Source: an uncultured Candidatus Saccharibacteria bacterium (GTDB lineage: Bacteria; Patescibacteriota; Minisyncoccia; Phycocordibacterales; DATDWN01). From it: a stretch of DNA of 50,484 nt. This document shows, piece by piece, positions 1 to 7,856 of the stretch (positions within the stretch are counted from its first letter, which is position 1; the number at the start of each line of letters is the position of its first letter). The translations under genes and the position numbers were made by a program. The notes under the pieces were generated by a model that was not told the DNA's origin, made no database searches, and saw only the letters and a program-made list of their open reading frames with translations. The stretch spans positions 1-50,484 of the forward strand of contig CAZNUU010000005.1 in the NCBI GenBank assembly GCA_964576615.1. The letters run 5' to 3'.

Positions 1-160
1 TTTCGGACAATTTCGGCGAAACAACCCAACAAATCCATTCATTGCGGGCAAGTGGGGTAATATCTTCCCAAGCAGAAAGTGCAGCCTTTGATGAAATTAG
101 CGCTTTTTTTAAATCAGCTGGGAGTTTGTGAACTGTCCCACCAGAGATTGGTTTTGACAT
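1..160 (-). CDS. YdeI/OmpD-associated family protein (partial, runs off window)
   Basis: Manual translation from ATG at 160: MSKPISGGTVHKLPADLKKALISSKAALSAWEDITPLARNEWICWVVSPKLSE. The LP.DL..AL and ARNEWICW motifs are typical of this family. Not in the ORF track. Confidence 0.7.
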   Translation of the reverse strand, partial: MSKPISGGTVHKLPADLKKALISSKAALSAWEDITPLARNEWICWVVSPKLSE

Positions 161-193
161 AACACCATCTTATCAAATTTATATAAAATGAAA

Positions 194-217
194 GGCCCGG
201 ACTCTTGTATCCGGGCC
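194..217 (-). terminator. Rho-independent terminator
   Basis: GGCCCGGA/TCCGGGCC stem followed by a T-rich tract on the minus strand, just after the stop at 224. Confidence 0.6.
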
Positions 218-223
218 CAACCT

Positions 224-529
224 CTACTGGAAGTAACGAGACTCGACCGCAATTTCAATACAACGATCGATCTCTGCTTTACCTGCGCGCCAGCCGAGAA
301 TGAACGTCTTGGAGAAATACTGGTAACGATACGGCGCGATGTAGTTATCATCGAAACCGTACTGATACCCGCGTTCCCATTCCGCCATCGCCAGGGCCGG
401 AGGCAAGGTCGTGTCTCCCACCGGACACCCCTCGTTGTGAAAACGGTTGTGTGTCATAGGTGGTCCGAGCGGGCAATCCGCCGGGCGCCCGCAGTACTCA
501 CATCTCTTGCTCCCTTCGCTCTGGGCCAT
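224..529 (-). CDS. GC-rich small protein with Cys/His cluster and RMF-like C-terminal motif
   Basis: GGAGG at 536-540 lies 6 nt before the ATG at 529. Contains CEYC..C..H..C and ERGYQYG..PY..GWRAG. Confidence 0.6.
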   Translation of the reverse strand: MAQSEGSKRCEYCGRPADCPLGPPMTHNRFHNEGCPVGDTTLPPALAMAEWERGYQYGFDDNYIAPYRYQYFSKTFILGWRAGKAEIDRCIEIAVESRYFQ

Positions 530-676
530 AGCCATCCTCCTGTGTTAACACAGAAGAATGAACTAGACCTGTTCCAGTTTTCTTCTGTGATTTAATAAAT
601 CTATTACAGATAGTATCACACTAAAATTAGCGTGTCAAATAATACTGACTGTGTAAAATCAAAATTATTTCAAACC

Positions 677-1105
677 TTATTTTTTCGGATCAAACTCAAT
701 AATCCACTCAATACCGTATTTGTCTCTAAACATGCCGGCTACTGTCCCCCATGGACTATCACCAATTGGTCCCTCTACTTGTCCTCCGGCAGAAAGCCCA
801 TTGAATATTTTCTCAGCTTCTTCCTTACTGCCCGCTCCCACGTAGATTTTGCTTCGATTCTCATTCTCGCTTACTTTCCCCATAAACTCTGGCACATCGT
901 TTCCTATCAGCATGTTGGAACCAACTATAGGTAAAATAATCTGCATAATTTTGTTCTCTTCTTTTTCTGAGACTGTAAACTCTGAACTTGCAAGATCTTT
1001 GAAACGAATTACTTTTGTAAACTCACCGCCAAAGACAGACTTGTAAAAATTAAAAGCTTCTTCGGCATTGCCATTAAAATTAATCCAAGGGTTTATTGTC
1101 GTCAT
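677..1105 (-). CDS. VOC/PhnB-like (glyoxalase superfamily) protein
   Basis: MTTINPWINFNGNAEEAFNFYKSVFGG...GMFRDKYGIEWII. Start moved to 1105 because TATAAT lies 6 nt upstream. Confidence 0.85.
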   Translation of the reverse strand: MTTINPWINFNGNAEEAFNFYKSVFGGEFTKVIRFKDLASSEFTVSEKEENKIMQIILPIVGSNMLIGNDVPEFMGKVSENENRSKIYVGAGSKEEAEKIFNGLSAGGQVEGPIGDSPWGTVAGMFRDKYGIEWIIEFDPKK

Positions 1106-1128
1106 AAGTTTATTATACGATATTTTTG

Positions 1129-1154
1129 CTGCCCGTTTGATTTGAGTTGGGGCT
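1129..1154 (+). repeat. Degenerate copy of the putative cassette recombination site
   Basis: CTGCCCGTTTGATTTGAGTTGGGGCT aligns with the 3641 copy (about 20/27, one gap) and lies 4 bp after the IMPase stop. Confidence 0.45.
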
Positions 1155-1158
1155 TTGA

Positions 1159-1944
1159 TCAAATCTTACAAGTTCGAACAATTTTCAATATTTCATCATG
1201 CATAATCCCGTTAGATATAATGCACCCGATACCGCCTTCATCATACCTCCTTTCTTCTCCATTTAAGTCCGTAACTTTTCCACCAGCTTCTTCAGTAATA
1301 ATCTTTAAAGCAGCAACATCATGTCCATGCTCCTTAAAATATACGGCTCCAACATATTTACCATTAGCAACTTGAATTCCACCGTAAATAAAAGAAGGGA
1401 ATTTCATTACTGCACACTTCATTTCACTTAATGTCTTAATAAGTAGCATGTTTGAAAAACCAATCGATCTCCCAGAAGCGGCAGTATTGAAATATGTATT
1501 TTTAAAAGTAGTAGTACTTGGTACAGATATTTTTTTACCATTTCTATATGCACCATTGCCTTTGTAAGCCCAATACATATTTTTCATAACGGGATCGTTC
1601 ACAATCCCTAATACTGGTAAGCCGTTCGATTGATCCACTAATGCCAAAGAAAAGACAAATGTTGGTAAACCACAAGCAAAAGCCATGGTCCCATCAATCG
1701 GATCGCAAACCCAAATATATTTTGAATTTTCCTTTATTTTGCTCCCTTCTTCACCGTAAATACTATGTTCGGGGTAAGTTTCATTTACTCTTTTAATAAT
1801 TAAATCATTTATTTCAGTATCTGCCTTTGTTAACGGTGTATCGTCTCCTTTCCAAGTAGTTTCAGTTTCAAAACTAAAATATTTCAAAGCTATTTCTTCA
1901 GCCTCTTTTGCTAATTTCTTTGCAAACTCTAGGTATTCTTCCAT
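1159..1944 (-). CDS. Inositol monophosphatase family protein
   Basis: D..TKAD..I, IYGEE and WVCDPIDGT motifs, plus C-terminal DVAA...I..EAGG.VTD. Confidence 0.9.
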   Translation of the reverse strand: MEEYLEFAKKLAKEAEEIALKYFSFETETTWKGDDTPLTKADTEINDLIIKRVNETYPEHSIYGEEGSKIKENSKYIWVCDPIDGTMAFACGLPTFVFSLALVDQSNGLPVLGIVNDPVMKNMYWAYKGNGAYRNGKKISVPSTTTFKNTYFNTAASGRSIGFSNMLLIKTLSEMKCAVMKFPSFIYGGIQVANGKYVGAVYFKEHGHDVAALKIITEEAGGKVTDLNGEERRYDEGGIGCIISNGIMHDEILKIVRTCKI

Positions 1945-2015
1945 AATTAGATTATATCAAAAGTGTTAGCTGACTGTTTGGTATTAAACAGGTTTGTTTT
2001 ACCTTACCCAACCTA

Positions 2016-2507
2016 TTACATCTGAGATTTAATTTCTAAAGCTTTCTCCATTATATGATCCCCCACAATGCCCCAATCAAAATATTTTTTATAATCCTGG
2101 GGATCAATTAGTTCAATCTTTGTCACTTCTCCCCCGTCTGGGTCACCCACAAATGGACCGTATGGTTCAACAATACAAACAGATCGAGTCTGACTAATTA
2201 CTCTGGTCGGTTCAAATACTTCTTGAAAACCCACAAAACGTTGTTTTAAGACTTTCATATTAGTCTCTTCTTTTACTTCCCTCGTCACCGCCCCCTCTAT
2301 GCTTTCGTCTAACTCTCTGCCTCCCCCAGGCGGAGCCCAATACCCTTTTTTATCAGAATAAACCACAACTAATTTATTTCCGCAGAAACAATACGCATGT
2401 ACTCCGCTCACCTCTCCTTCTTTTATTTCTGATTCACTATCAATATCACGATAAAGAACAGGTAAAACCTGCCCCGATCTATTTGTGAGTGTTGATTTTA
2501 TTTCCAT
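2016..2507 (-). CDS. NUDIX hydrolase
   Basis: Nudix box GGGRELDESIEGAVTREVKEETN. Confidence 0.85.
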   Translation of the reverse strand: MEIKSTLTNRSGQVLPVLYRDIDSESEIKEGEVSGVHAYCFCGNKLVVVYSDKKGYWAPPGGGRELDESIEGAVTREVKEETNMKVLKQRFVGFQEVFEPTRVISQTRSVCIVEPYGPFVGDPDGGEVTKIELIDPQDYKKYFDWGIVGDHIMEKALEIKSQM

Positions 2508-2514
2508 TTTTTAA

Positions 2515-3063
2515 CTATTCTAAAACATAATCCCAGCCGGGTTTCCAGGAGTGAGTCTTTCTCCAATCTTCTGCGAGAGCTTGCTCCCATGTCTGCCCCT
2601 TGAGCAATACATCCATTGCGAGCTGGGGTGCTTTGTGACTAACAATAGCAACTCGTTTACCATCATAATTTTCCTTTAGAAATTTGAGAAAATCAGCAAT
2701 TCGTTCCTTCACATCATCGTAACTCTCACCATTTGGAAATGGCTTATGAAGCATCTCACCTTCTTGAAGCGGTTCAACAACATCTGATGATGCTCCATTT
2801 AGATCGCCATAGTTGCACTCCCGCAGTCTTGCATCCACAACAATGGGGTACATATCACCCCATGCAAATTTTGCTGAATCAATTGCCCGCTTTAGATCTG
2901 AAACAAACACCACATCAAATGTTTTGTCTTTAGTTTGATCTTTCAACAGTATTGACTGCTGGACACCCTTCTCTGAAAGTTCCACGTCCTTCCAACCCGA
3001 CGAGAGATGCTCCTCGTTGTCTGTAGTTGTACCATGCGCAAAGTTTGTGATGTTGATTGACAT
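2515..3063 (-). CDS. Histidine phosphatase (phosphoglycerate mutase-like) family
   Basis: AHG (a variant of RHG), SDLKRA, LRECNYGDL.G, FPNGES and IVSH motifs. Confidence 0.85.
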   Translation of the reverse strand: MSINITNFAHGTTTDNEEHLSSGWKDVELSEKGVQQSILLKDQTKDKTFDVVFVSDLKRAIDSAKFAWGDMYPIVVDARLRECNYGDLNGASSDVVEPLQEGEMLHKPFPNGESYDDVKERIADFLKFLKENYDGKRVAIVSHKAPQLAMDVLLKGQTWEQALAEDWRKTHSWKPGWDYVLE

Positions 3064-3073
3064 AAATTTATAC

Positions 3074-3613
3074 CTAATTTAATAAATTATCGAGTGTTTT
3101 TTCAAGTTCAAGTGATAAATTGTGACCACCATCGTATTCTATAACATTAACGCCCTTTGAGTGCAGGAACTCAACTGCCTCATCATCACAGAAAAAATTG
3201 TCCAGTTTCCCACGAACCACAATCAATTTATCTCTTGGAATAGAGCCGAGAGTCTGAGCAAAATCTGTGCCAAGTAATTTTACACAGCGTGCAAGCTCAA
3301 TGAAAAACTTAAAGGGATTTACTGTAAATCCTTGTCTCTCTAAAAAGGGACCTTCGGTTGTTATATATCTAAACCAGCACAAAAACCAAGCAAAGAGACT
3401 TCTTTTAGGTAGAGGTGGATTAACTAGGATAATTCTTCCTTGAATATACTTGATATCCCTCAAGACAACCATCGCACCCAGACTAACACCAATCACATAA
3501 TCAGCATTACTTGGATATTCGTCCAATTTTCCATAACAAATATCTAAGTCATGATTATCTTCATAGAATCTGATAAAAGTCATCCATCCTGGTAATACAA
3601 GTACTTTTTTCAT
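3074..3613 (-). CDS. Alpha/beta hydrolase-like protein
   Basis: LPGW near the N-terminus, GVSLG nucleophile elbow and C-terminal GGHN. Confidence 0.55.
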   Translation of the reverse strand: MKKVLVLPGWMTFIRFYEDNHDLDICYGKLDEYPSNADYVIGVSLGAMVVLRDIKYIQGRIILVNPPLPKRSLFAWFLCWFRYITTEGPFLERQGFTVNPFKFFIELARCVKLLGTDFAQTLGSIPRDKLIVVRGKLDNFFCDDEAVEFLHSKGVNVIEYDGGHNLSLELEKTLDNLLN

Positions 3614-3640
3614 TTTAATTCTATAGGATTCCAGAAGCTG

Positions 3641-3666
3641 CTGTCCGTTTGGTACGACGTTGGAAC
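3641..3666 (+). repeat. Putative cassette recombination site
   Basis: CTGTCCGTTTGGTACGACGTTGGAAC overlaps the stop codon (3666) of the 603-aa gene. Confidence 0.6.
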
Positions 3667-5477
3667 TAAATTAAACTCCTTGAATTTTCCCAATCAACGC
3701 CATCTAGTGCAGAAATAGAACCTATTGGTGGTGGAGTTATTTCCACTTCAGGACCTCTACCAAAACCCATTGTATAATAATATTTTCCATTTCTATAATC
3801 CATGCAATCTGGTAAGAGGGCTTCTCTCATTGGTGTACCATCTACCATTTTTTCATCATTATCAATTTGCGGTTTTAGATCAACATACAACAATCTTCTC
3901 ATTCTTTCTGCTTGTTCTCCAGCCCAACCCCTTCTTTGCCCATTATCTCCAACCAGACAAAAACCGATAAAATCTAGGTACGTTTTTAAGACCATTGGAT
4001 AGTACTTACCCAAAACATTTTTTCCAATTTGTTCCCAAATTCTATCTTCAAAAGGTTTAACGTAACCTTCTTTTAATGCAGGTTCGTAAACTATACCGTG
4101 CAATAAGTCGAGAACATGATTGTACCTATCATTTGTTTTTTTAATAACTGATAGTTGCTCAAAGGCTTTATATAAAGCTCCAGCAATAGCTGAATTGATT
4201 GTTGTATCAGAAAAAAATCCCGCAGTTTGAGCAGTCTTTTCTCTGTTTGTTACATCAACATTCAATACTTCCTCACGTCCTATAAATAAATAATCATGTC
4301 CAAAAAAATGTGCTATGCGATGCAATGACCACCAACTACTCGTTAAAGTTGCGGTATTTTCTCCCATCTCATCTTTTTCAAGTTGTGTATTGGAACAAAG
4401 CTCCCCAAAAATATTACTCAAATGTTCGATTCCTCTGTTTATGTTTCGTGCGGGAATATTTCCTGTTTTGAGATATGTTTCTATAGACCTCGACATTGAC
4501 TCAATAAAAACATTTACCGTTGAATCGCTGGTACTGCCTTTCGCCGAGAAACTTACGGTTGGATAACCAAAAATATCAAAGTTGGCTAAAATTTCAGGAG
4601 AATTAAACAAGCTATCGTACAAATTAGCTGAAAGAGCCAAACCACTGTCATCTAATTGTCTATAGAGAAAAGAATCTGAATCAAAAAATAACCCTCTAAC
4701 TAATAACGGCACCCCTTTTGGCGTATCCCTTTGATCAACCTTATATTTTTTTAAAACTTCAATTATATACAACAATCCATCAAGTCTATAAGTGGATAAA
4801 AGCTTTACCATTGACCCCTCGCTTAAGAGAACATCCAAAATATTTCTTGCATCATTACCAGTTTTAGATCTATCTTCTGTCGCACACTTACATATCCTAT
4901 CAAAATTTTCTAGAAGAACATTTAAAACTAAATTAACATTATCGCCATTAGGCCGTGATATTTCCCAATGTAAAATTTCATAAAACTTACGAGAAGTTTT
5001 TTTATTGAATAAACCTTTATTAGTAGCTCTTGTAAAAAGAAAAATTATTGAGAATATGATTGATGAACATGCAAACATTTGCCAAAAAACTGATAGTTGA
5101 ATTATATTTTGAGGTTTAGTAAAAAATTTTAAAAAAAATAGAGATGAGAAAATTGAGAAAATTATTCCTAGTGAATTAAACGTAATTACAGTTGGTATAA
5201 TATAACTTCTAATTTTTAATGCTAAATTCCATTTTTCCTTTTTAAAAAGGTATACGGCAAATAAGATTGCTAGAGCGGATAAGGCTTCTCCTGTCGAGAA
5301 AAAAATGGGTGGATTCTCGGGATTATAACTTTGAGAATTGAAAAAAGTTAAGTTGTTAAATAAGGATTGAAAGCTCTGATAGTTTATTGAAGGAGAAATA
5401 ATAAAAACCAGTATAGCTACACTTGCGATAAAAAATAGAAAATCTCTTAACGTGTATTTTTCTGGGTCTTCAGTCAT
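3666..5477 (-). CDS. Hypothetical membrane protein (about 4 N-terminal TM helices plus large soluble domain)
   Basis: 603-aa ORF with hydrophobic N-terminal segments and a very AT-rich 5' part. No family recognised. Confidence 0.7.
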   Translation of the reverse strand: MTEDPEKYTLRDFLFFIASVAILVFIISPSINYQSFQSLFNNLTFFNSQSYNPENPPIFFSTGEALSALAILFAVYLFKKEKWNLALKIRSYIIPTVITFNSLGIIFSIFSSLFFLKFFTKPQNIIQLSVFWQMFACSSIIFSIIFLFTRATNKGLFNKKTSRKFYEILHWEISRPNGDNVNLVLNVLLENFDRICKCATEDRSKTGNDARNILDVLLSEGSMVKLLSTYRLDGLLYIIEVLKKYKVDQRDTPKGVPLLVRGLFFDSDSFLYRQLDDSGLALSANLYDSLFNSPEILANFDIFGYPTVSFSAKGSTSDSTVNVFIESMSRSIETYLKTGNIPARNINRGIEHLSNIFGELCSNTQLEKDEMGENTATLTSSWWSLHRIAHFFGHDYLFIGREEVLNVDVTNREKTAQTAGFFSDTTINSAIAGALYKAFEQLSVIKKTNDRYNHVLDLLHGIVYEPALKEGYVKPFEDRIWEQIGKNVLGKYYPMVLKTYLDFIGFCLVGDNGQRRGWAGEQAERMRRLLYVDLKPQIDNDEKMVDGTPMREALLPDCMDYRNGKYYYTMGFGRGPEVEITPPPIGSISALDGVDWENSRSLI

Positions 5478-5517
5478 AAGTAATTATTTTTGCAATTATA
5501 ACACAAAAATAACTACT

Positions 5518-5928
5518 TTACAATAAGTTTCCTATTACAAAATGAGACGTTATTTGCTTTATGGATTCTGAAAAATTAGTCCCAACATTTATAAACTCTG
5601 ATGGGATTTTTGCATCATCAAATATCTGCCTAACCCTCTCGTCTCTTTCTATTCGATCTTGTCGTTGATGAGATTTTCCATTTAACTCTATCGCAACTTT
5701 TGGTTCAAAATTCTTGTTGCATATAAGAAAATCTATATGTTTTGGTAAAACCTCATTCCTTCTTCCATAATAACCCTTTCCATGTAGAGGATAAACGATA
5801 TCTGCAATTCTCATTTTTGGGAAAATATAATATTCAGTAGGTATTTGATTTTTAAGTTCAAAGAAAAAAGCTGCTTCACTTTGATTCATTACCGAATTCT
5901 TTTTTGCATAACTCGCACGATTAGACAC
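5518..5928 (-). CDS. DUF2726 domain protein (N-terminus possibly truncated)
   Basis: MNQSEAAFFFEL..IFPKMRIADI..KHIDFLIC..AIELNGKSH..RDERV. The frame stays open up to 6027 and encodes a TM helix that has no ATG. Confidence 0.75.
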   Translation of the reverse strand: MSNRASYAKKNSVMNQSEAAFFFELKNQIPTEYYIFPKMRIADIVYPLHGKGYYGRRNEVLPKHIDFLICNKNFEPKVAIELNGKSHQRQDRIERDERVRQIFDDAKIPSEFINVGTNFSESIKQITSHFVIGNLL

Positions 5929-6027
5929 ACCCCTAGGATCGACCGGAAATTTTACTTCTAGATACAGAGCAACTGCAACCCCTATGATAATTATTATGAA
6001 TACAATTATGGACCTGGTCTTTGCTTT

Positions 6028-6053
6028 CTAGGATTGTAGGGTGAAATTGGAAC
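6028..6053 (+). repeat. Degenerate copy of the putative cassette recombination site
   Basis: CTAGGATTGTAGGGTGAAATTGGAAC has the same length as the other copies and ends 1 bp before the VOC stop at 6055. Confidence 0.4.
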
Positions 6054-6054
6054 T

Positions 6055-6483
6055 TTAACTCATTATATTTCTAGTCCCTAAATTTTGGAAGAACCTTAGG
6101 AGATAGCCATCTGGATCTTGGATTAGAAACTGTCTGTTGCCAACTTCTTGTATATCTTTGCGATACCATTTTTCCTCCATATCAAAAAATACTGGGTGTT
6201 TGCTATCTTTAATTCTTTTGTATAGGGCATCTACATCATCTACTTCTATCTGAAAGTTTATTCCTTGGCCCAGAGGGTATTTTCTTTCCCCCACTTTCCA
6301 CCTGTCTTCTGATTCTAAAAGTTCTATCATTAACCTGGCGCCATCTTTATCTAACATCGCGAATTTTTCCTCTGGTCTTTGATATAAAATATCAAATCCG
6401 AGAATGTGCGTATAAAAAAGCAAACTTTTTTCAAAATTACTTACTTTGAATTCAGGAATTAATTTGGGTGTGATATTTGGCAT
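6055..6483 (-). CDS. VOC/bleomycin-resistance family protein
   Basis: LIPEFKVSNFEKSLLFY..LGF...RQFLIQDPDGYLLRF. Confidence 0.85.
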   Translation of the reverse strand: MPNITPKLIPEFKVSNFEKSLLFYTHILGFDILYQRPEEKFAMLDKDGARLMIELLESEDRWKVGERKYPLGQGINFQIEVDDVDALYKRIKDSKHPVFFDMEEKWYRKDIQEVGNRQFLIQDPDGYLLRFFQNLGTRNIMS

Positions 6484-6507
6484 ATTATGCTATAAGGCTT
6501 GGCGTCT

Positions 6508-6759
6508 TTACGGCTTAGAGACATTAATTAAACCAAGTTTCTTTTCTCTCCGCCAACCCTTGATTTCTGTTTCCCTTCTTCTCGCTTCGATTAAAGTGCT
6601 AAATTTTTCCGAGTACAATAAAATTACTGGTCTTCTAATCTTTGTATAATGTGCACCCGACTTTGAACTATTATGCTGTTCGATTCTTCTCTCTAAATTA
6701 TTTGTACAACCAACATTCAAAGATTTATCTGAACATTTGAGTATATACGTAAAATACAT
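6508..6759 (-). CDS. Stand-alone GIY-YIG nuclease
   Basis: YFTYILKC..LNVGCTNNLERRIEQHN..YTKIRRPV.L.YSE..A.RRE.EIKGWRREKK. Confidence 0.9.
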   Translation of the reverse strand: MYFTYILKCSDKSLNVGCTNNLERRIEQHNSSKSGAHYTKIRRPVILLYSEKFSTLIEARRRETEIKGWRREKKLGLINVSKP

Positions 6760-6786
6760 AAAATAAATATTACCACTTATTCATTT

Positions 6787-6866
6787 CGCCACCTCTTCGC
6801 TACGCTCATTCGGTGTCTTCGTCGCTAAAGGGCCGAAGGCTCTGAGGAGCTTCGGGCGACGAAGAG
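6787..6866. repeat. REP-like multi-hairpin element upstream of GIY-YIG gene
   Basis: TCTTCGTCGC (6816-6825) pairs with GCGACGAAGA (6856-6865), with an inner CCGAAG/CTTCGG stem. Also contains CGCTACGCTCATT (6798-6810). Confidence 0.6.
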
Positions 6867-6892
6867 CTGTCCATCGTAAACGAAGTTAGAAC
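6867..6892 (+). repeat. Putative cassette recombination site
   Basis: CTGTCCATCGTAAACGAAGTTAGAAC has the same length and the same CTGTCC..ACGA.GTT.GAAC frame as the 3641 copy. Confidence 0.6.
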
Positions 6893-6995
6893 CATTATAC
6901 TACAAGGTAAAACTCTCTTTGCCCTCAAAGCACCTTTAAGTGAAGTAGCCTAATTTACCCCACCCCTGTTTTACCTATTTAATTTTTATATTTTT

Positions 6996-7421
6996 ATGGA
7001 GAAACACGACCTTGATACAAAGTTTGGAGACACACGAGCTGTTATAGCAGGATTGGCAGAACTTTTAGATACTGTGTACAAAGAGCCATATCCTGTTTTT
7101 ACAAAAAGAGAAGCTTTCTTTCTAGCTGATTTACTTTTTACTAAAGATAAAGATTTACTACTTTTTTATATTGCGGACTTTATGGCTGATAATTTTCACG
7201 AAGGAGTACGTGTATTTGCAAATGGAGCTTCCTATAGAAGACTTGAGTTTTATAAGCAATTTTGGATTACAAAAGGTAATGCAACCAAAGCGGCTATACA
7301 ATGTGGTTATAGCCCCAAATCAGCCAAACAACAAGGTCACAGAATGCTTAGATGGATACAAAGAATTACTATGCAAGATACTGGTGAAAATACACCACTC
7401 TCAGGCTTTAAAGGTCATTAA
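6996..7421 (+). CDS. Hypothetical protein with C-terminal terminase small subunit-like HTH
   Basis: FYKQFWITKGNATKAAIQCGYSPKSAKQQGHRML resembles the TerS N-terminal NAT.AA..AGYS..A motif. Confidence 0.55.
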   Translation: MEKHDLDTKFGDTRAVIAGLAELLDTVYKEPYPVFTKREAFFLADLLFTKDKDLLLFYIADFMADNFHEGVRVFANGASYRRLEFYKQFWITKGNATKAAIQCGYSPKSAKQQGHRMLRWIQRITMQDTGENTPLSGFKGH

Positions 7422-7441
7422 AAGTAAACATTTTTAGTGAG

Positions 7442-7852
7442 TTATCCTTGAAAGTTCACTTGAAACCGATACATTCCCATTCCACAAGTGCCTTGCAAAG
7501 TTCCAAGTTGTGAGTTGCCTATGTCAATATCAGTATTTCCTGATTGCGGAAGTATTTTTGATATATTCATACTTGGAATACGAACTGACACTGAACAATC
7601 AAAAGTCCCGTTGGTATTAAATCTAATAACTGTCGGCATACCTGCTTTTGCAGTACTTGTTTGTGGTCTATAGCCACCCTTAACATTTATTTCTACAATC
7701 TGCTTGCCATCAACAACACTTACATTGTTTACATCTACTGGAGTGAAGTTTGCAGAGGACGTATTGGTATTATTTTGTGAGCTTCCTCTTGAGAACAGAA
7801 AAATGCCTCCGATAATGAGAACTATAACTAAAGCTATAATGGTGTTTTTCAT
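7442..7852 (-). CDS. Cupredoxin domain protein with N-terminal TM helix
   Basis: GGY.P...AKAG.P and C-terminal GTCGMGMYR motif, next to a copper ATPase. Confidence 0.75.
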   Translation of the reverse strand: MKNTIIALVIVLIIGGIFLFSRGSSQNNTNTSSANFTPVDVNNVSVVDGKQIVEINVKGGYRPQTSTAKAGMPTVIRFNTNGTFDCSVSVRIPSMNISKILPQSGNTDIDIGNSQLGTLQGTCGMGMYRFQVNFQG

Positions 7853-7856
7853 GTAT

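Noticed and set aside
645-660. CTGACTGT shared with 1970 as a possible site remnant
   Set aside because: Only 8 bp and no right half.
1168-1179. ACAAGTTCGAAC resembling the site right half
   Set aside because: Inside the IMPase last codons with a poor left half; the better candidate is at 1129.
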